NCBI RefSeq assembly: GCF_000150275.1
Contig: NW_002060955.1
Span: forward strand, 1,696,024-1,760,023
DNA from: Trichoplax adhaerens
Lineage: Eukaryota; Animalia; Placozoa
DNA: 64,000 nt
Reading direction: 5' to 3'
A program made the translations under genes and the position numbers. A model generated the notes under the pieces. The model saw only the letters and a list, made by a program, of their open reading frames with translations, was not told the origin of the DNA and ran no database searches. Below, in pieces: positions 52,641 through 64,000 of the stretch; the stretch's first letter is position 1, and every line of letters starts with the position of its first letter.

Positions 52641-55600
52641 GATGATGACATGGAGTGTATTGATTCCGCCATCATTACGCCAGCAGGTGTAATGGATTGA
52701 TTCAATTGAAGACCAATCGATGTTGTCATTTTAACTTTTTCTTTATTCACTCAATACCGTGCCTTCCAACTAGCAGTCAATATTATTATTAATCAATTAA
52801 CTCAATCTTGTTGATAGTAGGTTGAAAATATCTGATACCATCTTTATCCTTTATTCTATTATCACCGAGACATCTTATCAGCATCATGAACAATGCTATC
52901 TATTCTTATCATTTGTCTTATCTAATTTCGACATCACATGATCCAACGATCATAGATAAAATTGATTCAGATTGCGGTTAAACTAGAGTATACAGTATGT
53001 TCAAATAAGGCCGATAGACAAGTAAATAGACTGCAAACCATACTGTATAGAGTTAATAATAATCAACTGATATTGAACAACCCAATCGATTTTTATTAAA
53101 ATGGATAGGCTGATAAGCATCGGCATGAGCTGTGGGCCATCGTTAGTGACTGCTGAAAAAATAATTTTGTTACTTTCTCTTTCTTCTTTCAAAGAAGAAC
53201 AGACATGGTACTGTACAATCGAAAGTGATCCAGAATATCCATTTCATGGCTTGAGATAAAAAATACGTATTTACTTATTAATCTGTATCACCTATACTGT
53301 AATTATCCAAATCATTGAAATGCTCCTTTGGCTATTCTTGGAATCTCCGGCACGGCAATCCTCTTTGCATTATTAAATAGGCATTGGCCACGCACTACGT
53401 TAGTCGATAATTATAATAATAGGTAATAACACATTGCTGGTCAATTGTGGAGCAATTTGCTATCAAAAAAATTATCAAAACATCGCATAGTAACGTCGTC
53501 GATTCTAGACTGCGTTAAGGCTAAGGTTGAGATTTATTGAGTGTCATAGGCATGCCAAGAAATTCCTGGCCTATTGTGCTCTTGGGCAAGATTTAAGCTA
53601 GGCTACTACTGTAGAATACAATCGATTTTCATTGCTTCTCGTATAATTAATAACAAGCATCTGTGGAAAAAATTTTAGGGGTATAAATAACGAAAAATAA
53701 GAAATTGATCAGATACTTAAAAATTAACCATTTAAAATCCATATCTATCCGTGATCGTTCTTTCAGCGATTGCCAAGGCTGCTCCACCTGTCCTGAAACC
53801 CATGGCTAGAAATATTTCATGACATATTTCTAGAATCTCCCATCATAGTTATAATAGTATTTCAATACTTTCATTAAATATACATGTATGCTCTCTTACA
53901 AGGTCATGTCTTGTATAAGGAAATTATTATGTTAATAAGAAACAGCTTTACTTGTCGATCATGATTGAAATGAAATTTCTTAATCTATTCACTGATCATA
54001 TCATATAAGTGACTTGGCACCATTCAATCACGGCATCACAATGACATCATCTGTTTTAGAGCTCAAAACAAGGAAGTAGTAAAGTTGCTTTCCATCGTAA
54101 TAATCAAAAATTATCTTGAGCATCCATCGACTACTTAGAATAATACCTATTCGCTAATAGAACATGATTAAATCATGGCGTCATAATATCATCATCCATT
54201 TAGAGCTTAAATCAGGGAAGTAAAATTAAGTTCCAAGGTTATAAACAAGGATAATCATGAACGTATTTATTAATTGGAATAAAAGCTATTCAATGTCGAT
54301 ACTAACAATGGTTGTCCTACTTATAATTGCAAGAATACTCGGAAACTGCTTTTAAACATTCTTGGAATCGCCATCCCAGTCATGACACTTTTAAATATTA
54401 AAGATGCATTCTCCGTCGCTCAGATTATACATTGCATTCATCCTTTGCTAACACAAAATATATTATTTGTTAATCTTGGTTAAGTTATGGAATGGCAACA
54501 TGATGAGATAGAAAGAATATTTTTAATGTTATAATGACATACGGAATAGACTATCCGCCCACTAGAATGGTAATGGAATACTGTACTAGAGTGAGTGCTT
54601 AAAATTTTATCCTAATATCGATCCTTTAGAGTTGCGATGCATCATTGTGATCAGTAGTTGCCTACCTCGATAAATTATCAGGAAAAATGCTTCTAATTGT
54701 ATGATAATACATTATATTACCTATCTATTAAAGTCGCAATTTAATATTATGCTTAGATTTTTTATTGCTAGTTTAATCGCCAGAAGGAATACTTTTGGTG
54801 CGGTGATAGTACTGTATTTTATAGTATCTATCCATCGAGCCGCAATGCATGACCATCGATAATCTATAATTAATTACTCTTTGACCTATTCCGAGAACTC
54901 CTGTTCTAGTAATGGTACTTTTAATTATTTAATGTATTTCTTCTACGTGGTGAGAATGATCGTGTATTATCCTAATAGATGAATAGCAAAATGATATTCC
55001 ATGCAGTCCACGATCAAACCATGCTATCGTCATGAAATCAATTTTCATTCCTTTGAACGAGTTATAAACCTCATACGCATGAATGAATAATTTTAAGGCT
55101 TAGATAATTACTAGCAAGAAATGTTTTCAACTATGAAATTTAAAAGTGATAAAATGATGTCAGTTTATCACTGGCTACAGTAATAATAAAATATTATCCG
55201 CATGCTAACCCTGCAATTTGAAACGTTAGAATTCTGATCTGAGCTATAACGACTGTTATATACCATGCAAGACTATGAAAGACATTTTGCTGATCGATTA
55301 TATTATAATTAAACCATAGCGTAGCAATGCAATAGGATAGCTATTGGCTACTTGTCAAGAAAATATTACGAAACAATTCTTGAAGGGTCATGATAATATA
55401 GCGTTCATATACTCGTGCTATCCGATATTGCTAGAGACGCAATCTTATTTAAGAGGATGAAAGGTTATCCCATTCCGAATTAGTAAGATAATCTAAAATA
55501 CTTCTTGGTCTGAAACTAGAATTTCTATCCTAGTTATAAAAGACAGTTTCAACGGCATTTTTAGATAGTATAGTCAGTTATGCATAATACTAATTAAAAT

Positions 55601-57516
55601 GGCAGTTGCATTCCTAATGATGCAGGTAATTTGAAACGTTTCATCTCCTATTCTTGGAATTTCTATCCAAGTAATAACGATATGAAATACTTTCTTTATT
55701 ACATACCTAATTTTGTCCATGATGCGCCACAGTAATGAGCTCGAAACAAGGACAGATTACCTAAAAGTTCATAATCAACCTATTATGCCACTATTCAATC
55801 ATCTTCCACTGAATTTAACATCATTTAATAATGATTAGTCTTTGCTTGATTAGTGCACGTAAATAAGAGTAATAATAGCCTAAAATAAAACTTGTTCAAT
55901 CTTTATTAACGCTAGTCTGCTCTTATCGATGGTGTGTGGGCAATGCAAATGCTCCATAAACTCTTTCTGGATTCCAATCATAGCTATACAGTTTTAAATG
56001 GATACTCCCTCATGCGGTATTATATATCGCGTTAATAGATAGTAAACAGGAGTCATATTGGCACTAGCCCTTCATAGAGCTAAGTATTTGTGACAGAATT
56101 GATTTTCACTTTACTTGACAGTAGAATGAGGCATTTAAAGCCCAACGTATGCCTGTGATAGAATGCTTTTCAGTTTACCGTAAATTCGATATCTACCTGT
56201 AGACTAAAGTAAGCATCCCGTCGTTCACCAATCTTGAATGGCAATAGGCAATAGCCAAATAAAACCAACTTAGTTCGCTAGTAGCCTATTACTAAAGCTA
56301 TGATACGGCAATGGAAGCCAATTTATACAGTATGACGATGGTCATGATATTTATTACGTAGAAATGAATTTCCCGCCAATGCCAATAGCGTCTCTATTAA
56401 GTAAACGAATTATCAATCATTCACTATAAACCATAAAACCCTTCCCTATACTTAATCAGCTATTTCTTTGCGTAGCATTAGCTCAGAAAGTACAGGAAAT
56501 AAGAAAATTTTCTCAATTTGGTTTACTGTGATGGACAATAAATTCATATAGGAAGTCATTTATTAAACGTATGGTATTCCAATGCTGTAAATATAATAGA
56601 CCGTATTGGAATACCGTACGTTAATATAGCGTAATAGCAAACTGGATATGAATAGTCATCGCTCTTACAATTTTCTACTAATTGACGTATCATACAATAC
56701 TGTAGTAGGCAAGAATCACAACACACCTACAGTACCTCCAAGCTACACGAAATTTTCCAAAAGGATAATCCGCATGACTATAGCAAATTTTATTACAGTA
56801 CGGTAACTTTTTACTATACAATGTAGTAAAAGCCTTAGACCAAACTGAAGAGCAGATCAAACTTTTTATTTAAATACAAATTTATGCGCACAAGGGCACA
56901 ATAAAACATGCTGTAAAACTTTCTACGTTTACTAAGTTTAATATAGTAAATTTTGACGCTAACGTTGCCGATATCAAATAACCAATAATTAAACTTATGC
57001 AACCGTTTCTACTAATTCTATTTTGCCTACTGTATTGATGAAATAATGTACCCGAATAGCGAGATAGACTCTAAATTTACTTGGATAAAATCATGATATC
57101 ATAGATTGAATAACTATAGGCATAAAATGTTGGAAAGAAACTATGTTAGAAGTGATATGGCAATTTCATAAACAACTGTATATAAATAGAGTTTGAAAAA
57201 AATTTGAAAACTGCTGCAGCTAAATTACAGTTGAAGTTAATTTATAAACAAGATATTTAAAGCTCATTTTTTTGTACAAGCGATATTTAGACAACTGGTA
57301 CAAGTACTATTAATAAAGTAATCATCTATTAAACTTTTCAGATAAGGGTAAAACATTACTAGCCCCTTTACCTACATTACTGTTTACATTACAAGCGAGT
57401 ACGTGTATAATGTACGAGTATGTCAGTAAAACAGAATGTTAACGATCTATATTTTACAAGATTGACTCGTACGTAAACCATGTCTTTGCACGAGCATAGA
57501 GCCAGAAATGCTACCA

Positions 57517-60500
57517 TTACGTTTTTCTACGTTTACTGGCTCTACTTGGAGGAGTGGCAATTGCTGCTTTAGCAGTCGATCGACTACGTTTCTTACCAGC
57601 AACTACGGGCAACATGTCTTTTGGCCATAATATATTATTGTCCGTATCCAATGCTTGCCGCAATACACCACTTAAGAGTAACTCAGCACTGTGTACAGTC
57701 ATACAATTTTTAACAGCATCGAAGCAAACGTCTTCGTCTTCATCACAGCTTATAATTAACACATTATTGTTAGGATTAGTTGGCATTTTACTTAAGTAGT
57801 GACCACCAGCACATTCTACAATCATTTTCATTTGTTCCGGCGGTGGGCGTACATTCGGTGTCACATACACTTCATAATTTTCAAGTAATGGTTTTTCTTT
57901 CGCATTATCATGAGCTTGCCTGATTAGAAAGTTATTCTGCCTTTCTGCAACACGATCTTTGATGAAATAAGCAGCTGATGGTACAAATGTTTTGGCAGAT
58001 TTACAGGCATCAAGCCACTTCGTATTGACGATAGGAATGCCTCTCGATAGGCCACATAAAAATTTAACGGTCCTTCGAATTTTGTCTGTCACTAAATGTG
58101 TACATTCCTGGATATTATCAACTACTTGACCTCCTAAAGATTTAATTGTCTATAAAATAAAACAATACAAATTAGTTCTTATACATGTGTAAGCTACATA
58201 AATTGAAAGTTATAGTCCACGCAGCCTGACGCAGGGCAAGAAACTAAAACTTACTTTTTCACCATCTTCATCAATGAAACCTGTAAACATAACTTTAACC
58301 GTCGGATTTTTGCATTCTGATTCAACACTAGATGCATAAATGGTAGACGAGCTATCTTTACCAGAAGATTCAAACGGCTGTTTTCTAGATCTTCCTCTTG
58401 TGCTACTGACACTTTGAGATTTATCTTTGATATTAGAAGGTGCTGATTTTTGCCTTTTATTTCCATTTCTCCTACTTGGACTTTTTACTTCCAAAGTATC
58501 CACAGTGTCGCTACTTTTCTCGGTAGTGCAACTTTCTAGTGCAATATTTGGCGATTCTTCGTCTACGGTTGCATAATTTAAATTGTCGTCGGTTTCAGAT
58601 GGGGATAACTCAGTAGTCTCTTTTTGGTCATGTGATATTTTTCTTTTGATGCCAGATTTTGTAGATTCTTCTTGCTGCCGAATTGAATCAACTATCGACA
58701 ATTTCTCTTCACTATCCTTAGCAGATACATCTTTATTATCAGAAAGCTTACTTGCGATCTTGCCATCTTTATTTTGATCCTCTTGAGCTACTGGAGCTGT
58801 GGAGAATAACGGACTGGAAAAGCCTTGATTATCGTCTATATCAGTAGCATCAGAGTCGTCATTTGCATCTGCAACCTCTTCAGTAATTTGCTGTTTAACA
58901 GGTCGTAAATCCAAGGTCGATGGCAATTTCTCTACAGAGGGTACACTATCGAATAAACTCTTATCAGATTGGATACTAGTTTTTACTTCATCATCTGAAC
59001 TGTATGCAACAGTGGTTGCCATTGGTAGATCGACATGTTTGTCTTTTTCTTTCTGACAAACGATCGATTCATTAAACTCATCTTCTGATTCCGTATCTGC
59101 TTCATATGGATCTTGTGCTCTAGCTTTATTATCAGACGAAGCACTAGCAGCTGTGTTTGAATTAGCATTTCCTAGGAAAAGATTGGTGCAAGAAAAAAGA
59201 AATCAGAATCAGTTAGAACCAACCTTTTGTCAATTTAATGATAGCGTTGTGTTTTAAAACTAACCATCATCTACATAGGAAATAGTTTGATCTTGGTCCT
59301 TATCATCTAAATTTAATTTGTATGCTATAGTTGCATCATCATTGTTGGCAATCGTTTTTTCACTTTTATCGTCTTTATCAGCATCAGTAGAGATGTCATA
59401 TGCTAGCGTTTCTTCGTAAAAACTGCTCTCTTTTCCCTTGCTAGCTATTTCATTATTATCAACCTCTATTTCATAGCAAAGCGTTTCTTGATAATCACTC
59501 GCTCGTTTTGTATCTTTATGGCTAATTTCATCATCAGTTGGTGTAGACTGCTTAGCATCATCATCAATGTTATATGGAATCGTTTCTTGATTGTAGCTAT
59601 CCTGCACTTTAGAAGTACTACTATTTTGAATATTCTCGGCATTCACGATTTTGGAGTAATCATTCTTTTCTTCCGCATCATCATTACTTGTATCATCACA
59701 TGGCAATGTTGCCTCATTTGAAATAGTTGCGCTATGATTTATATCTTTTCTGAACTGCGAGCTCTTACTTTCATCCGTATAAACTAGAGTCTGTTGATCG
59801 TCAGTATCCTTGTCTGCAACAGATGACCGACGTTGTTTGTTGTTAGGCTGGCTTTCTTGGCTACTTCCACTGCCAGAAGTTTCAGCTGAGTAAGCTTCAA
59901 CTGCTTCCAAATTAAACGTGACCGTTTTCTTGGAATTTATTTCTTGCTGAATTTTACTGTCATCGTGCTTTCGTGGTATAGCTGGTGATACTGTTTCAAC
60001 TTTTTTTAATAACAGTTCATTACTGCTGTTAGAATCAGGTAAGTCATCTCCGTTGGAATCTACAAAATATACAATCGATTCGAGTCCGGTGATTAATATA
60101 AAAGGCGTCTACGCTAACAAATTTGCATTAATCTGCAAAGGTAAAAAGCATAGCACAATGTTTAATGCTAGGATTTATTTACTTCACAGTGACATGTAAA
60201 CAAGACATAATTCTATATTCACGATACACTTTATAGAAATGTGCAATCACAATTAGCAAGTTTGATTTTATTGTACTCATAGTCCTGTCATAATCAATTT
60301 ATTAAGACCTGATTGTTTCTCACGATCGGGCTTTTCTTTTACATCATCGTCCATGTTTTCTGCCTACAAGGAGCACAAAATGCAAAAACGTACGTACGAG
60401 AGTAATCACTGATTTTATCCTACATGTAAAGATTTTTGCAATGTACTATTAACAAGAGCAATAATAAATTAATTACCAACGTGTGTCAAAATGATAGGTA

Positions 60501-61059
60501 TGAGTATCTCTTACTTGTAAGTTAAGCATTAATTCTGATTCTGATGGAGTATCACTGCCATCGTCTTCTTCGTTATCATCTTGCTCTATCGTACGAATGT
60601 AACAAAGTCTAAGTGATGTCAACGTGTTTTTAAATGGCCTCAAAGAGTAATGTATTTGAAAGAAGATTCTTCTAATCACATCTTATATTTACTAACTAAC
60701 ATGAAATAACAGCGAGTTCAACATGACATCATACCTAAATTTTTCAAGTACTGACAGCGAACATCGCCAAAAATGAGCATATCGCAGTGGTTTAACTCGT
60801 AACGAACATGCGGCTGAAGTTGTAGCTTTCCACGACGTGATTTGTTCTTGCTATCGCAATCATACAATAGGTGCATGTCGCCAGCAATTTCGATGCATGC
60901 ATGGCGTTTGGAGAGTGGTTTTACCGGAACATGCACGGTACTTTTTTTGTCGCGTCCAATATAATTTTTACCTCGGCGAATAGGAAAGATTGCTTCTTGA
61001 AATTCCTCACGCCACCGAAAGACTTTCAAGTATCCAACCTGTAAAGCATATGATGACAT
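57517..61059 (-). CDS. MDC1: MDC1-like mediator of DNA damage checkpoint (N-terminal FHA, acidic linker, C-terminal tandem BRCT)
   Basis: FHA exon 61059-60735 (NYIGR..LSKRHACI..DCDSKN..LIFGDVRCQY). Further exons at ~60585-60514, ~60364-60309, ~60059-59264, ~59171-58255 and ~58149-57517. Tandem BRCT KVMFTG..LGG..THLVTDKIRRTVKFLC..RGIPIV..WL has the MDC1-type phosphopeptide pocket, followed by a basic NLS-like end. Confidence 0.88.
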
Positions 61060-61279
61060 GGTTAACAGTGACTACCCTACTGCATATGCATAAGTTATAA
61101 ATCAGCAAGCAAGTTGTAGCCAGAAAGCCATCATGCGCATGGTAAGATTCAGATTAATTATTACCCTCGTTTGATTGCACTGCACAGCCTACTCTGTATC
61201 GAACTAGATTACATTACGTCCATCTACAGTCGATGCTAAAGTCACTATTCTTGCAACTTTATACAGTAAATAACTCAGG

Positions 61280-61950
61280 ACCAGGCTCTTGGTGCAGATT
61301 CGAGCTACTAAAAAGGTGCAATGGTGATAAATTGCGCAGGGCCACTTCAGGCCGCCATTAGCATCGTGAGCCATGAGAAATGGAGGATAAGAATCGTGGC
61401 CAAGAGTAATTCGGTTTTGTGTAGCTGTTAGCGTTGTCCAACCATGAGAAATGGATATTTTGAATCATGGCCAAAGTAGTTGGATACATTATCATTATAA
61501 AGTCATCATTTTTTGATCACTTAATTAAATGATTCATAATTATAAGCACTGCTAAATTAAGGCTATAGGCGCAGATTCGAGCTACTAAAAAGGTGAAATT
61601 GTGACGAGATGCTGCAGATCCGGTACAGCTATATTGTATACTGTATACATCTCCAGAGGTCATTTTTGGCAGTTCATCAATGATTCATCCTAAGGCTCTA
61701 CAGTAGGCTACTAAAATGGTGAAATAGTGATGAAATACTTGTCGGTAAAGTCCTGCAATTTACGCCAAGGGATAATAACAATCATGGTCCAGAGAAGTTT
61801 GCTACATTCTCAACTAGATCATTAACGTGCAGAGATCAAGTCCAATAGACACAGTAAGAATATATTAAAGTCTAAGTCATGATTTATTTTCCACCTGGGT
61901 GCAGATTAGAGCTACTAACTGTATTGGGTGAAATGGTGATGAAGTACTGG
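61280..61950. repeat. Dispersed ~45-bp direct repeat, 4 copies, upstream of the MDC1-like gene
   Basis: gcagattcgagctactaaaaaggtg.aat.gtga at ~61294 and ~61571, with variants at ~61706 and ~61901. Confidence 0.75.
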
Positions 61951-62729
61951 CAAAGAGTATGATAGGTAGTGTCCAGATATTTATGCGATCTGCCAAGCTA
62001 GCATGTCAAGTCTAACGAGTATTTCTTGATGATTTTCTCATCCATGATATCGTGGTTGTGGTTTTCGATCGGTAGATGTATTGATTCTACTGACTATATA
62101 TTCTACGAGCGTGATCTTAAGCTCCATTACGTCATAATACGATGAACAATAACGGTGAAAAAGCCATGATGATTTTACAAGAATGCAATTAAAACCTTGC
62201 AGCCCGTTCATGCGTAGGCATACCTAAAGATACTTACCGGAGTGGATGCATCCTGTGCACTCTTGACGACATCTTCTTCTTGTTGAAAGACGTCCAAGTC
62301 CAGTGGTATCGTAAAATCATCCATTGCTTTAATTGGCTTGCAACGATAACGTGTTACAATGGCAACGTGATCGCCTTTTCGAGGCTTAACAGAAAACTGG
62401 ATGTAGACTGCACAAGTTGATCAAGGCGGTAGCCAATGGATGCCCTGGCAATGATCCAATTTGCTTTGACTGCTATTATTCTCAAACAGAGGATGCAAAT
62501 ACTCGCTTGCACAATTGGATCAGTAGAATAACGTTAATGAAACTCTGGCACTTTCATCAATGACCAATCACAACTGATAGAAGGAAAGAAATTTCTTCTT
62601 GTTAGACCATCCTAGTTCTACAAGGCTGAAAAAGGTCGTGGAGAAGAGGAATTTGGATCATCCTTCTCTTGCTTGGCACTCTATCAGGCTGAGCAAGGAG
62701 TTGCGCCAAAAGCAAACATGTACGAGCAG

Positions 62730-63990
62730 GTACGCTACAGTACTGTCCACTGTACTGTGCAGAATAAGCTGTCATCCCTAGGGTGATTTCTGTCTTATTG
62801 ATCGTGTGATACGCGTTGAAAACCGATGACACGTTATTGACCAGCTGGAGGACGTACGGTACAGTACTGTACACTGTACTGTGCAGAATAAGCTGTCATC
62901 CCTAGAGTAATTTCTGTCTTACTGATCGTGTGATACGCGTTGAAAACCGATGACACGTTATTGACCAGCTCGAGTACAGTGTAAAAGCAGATTGTACTGT
63001 AAAAATGTAGAGTACTGTACTGTACGTTGGATTGATAAAAAGCAGAATACCGTCTTGACACCTACAGTACTGTACTGTACAGTATACAGTAATATAGATC
63101 CTGGAGTCGCACACAGCACAGTATGCTGTGGAAATCATACAGTACTGTACACTGTGCAGTAATATACTGTACAGTGTACAGTGTACAGTACAGCATAGTA
63201 CTCTACTAATCTGTACTGTAGCCCGAATTTCGACTACCGTGACAATAGTTTTGCTTAAGCTGTTGCTCAATATTCACAGGCGTACATGATATTCTATTGT
63301 CTAGTGTCTACTCAACGACTCATAAACTGGTAGATTAAGTACTATAGCGTACAGTACATTGTCTTTGTTGATGGCCCGATGAATGCGAGTCATGGCTGAA
63401 ATCCACTGCGGATGGCTTTCAAAATCATATCGTGCCTACAGTACGGAATCATGATCGCATTCTGTGAAACTGTGTGTAAAATAAATGTCGTAGAAAGCTG
63501 ATATACTATACTGTAATTTACGACATATGTTTTCCACGAGCCTATACCGTACTATACTGTACTGTACAGTGTACAGTACTGTGATTTGGTGCATCGGTTT
63601 GCACTCTGGAGTCTCCATACTAGACAGACTGATAGATGGACCCTAAAATCGTTAGCCTACAGTAGACCTACTGAAACAACTGCACAGCTACCTAGTAATG
63701 ATAGCAATGGCAGCTAAGGCTTTCAAAATCATGTCGTGCCTATAGTAAGGGAACCATGATCGCATTGTGTGAAACTGTGTGTAAAATCAATGTCGTAGAA
63801 AGCTGATACACTATAGTGTAATTGACACCTTCATTTGCGACATCTGTTTTCCACGGATCGATACGGTACTGTACTATACTGCGATTTCGTGACTGTGTCA
63901 CGTCTTGCTAGTGGACAGACTGACATATGGACCCCACAATCGTTAGACTATAGTAAACCTAGTGAAACAACGGCATACTGGAAGTAGGCG
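62730..63990. repeat. TACAGTA/TACTGTA-rich zone with a 124-bp tandem duplication (62730-62974) and a ~305-bp duplication (~63412 and ~63717)
   Basis: Direct alignment of the copies by eye. Dense mixed CAGTA/CTGTA/CAGTGTA runs at 63060-63220 and 63550-63583. Confidence 0.9.
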
Positions 63991-64000
63991 CGTCTCCATA

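Noticed and set aside
62238-62720. Minus-strand exon-like stretch (VYIQFSVKPRKG..DASTP|gtaagt) considered as the transposase
   Set aside because: It has several stops upstream and no recognisable DDE or helix-turn-helix motif. It may be a gene relic but cannot be assigned.
62602-63618. Y/S/T/V/C-rich ORFs
   Set aside because: These are also artefacts of the pentamer arrays.

Overview
AT-rich, intron-rich eukaryotic (animal) genomic DNA with short GT-AG introns and one 50-N assembly gap. Composition and gene content suggest an early-branching animal such as the placozoan Trichoplax (inference, not verified). From left to right: (1) the 3' part of a multi-exon adhesion GPCR (FN3-FN3-Ig-HormR-GAIN/GPS-7TM, +) with degenerate activation motifs and a tyrosine-motif tail; (2) two tandem, 5'-truncated, disabled ROCO-type COR + death-domain paralogues (+); (3) an intronless sigma-like glutathione S-transferase (-); (4) an unnamed multi-exon coiled-coil gene (+); (5) a DLC/STARD13-like SAM-RhoGAP-START gene (-); (6) a ~20 kb stretch with no recognisable gene, built from many local tandem-repeat families; (7) an MDC1-like FHA + tandem BRCT gene (-). 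The most striking signal is that duplicated sequences differ repeatedly by 5-bp TA->TACAGTA/TACTGTA insertions, matching the Tc1/Sleeping Beauty excision footprint. These pile up into mixed-orientation (CAGTA/CTGTA)n arrays in gene 5' flanks, and one frameshifts a COR gene. Exon coordinates were read by eye and may be off by a few bases.
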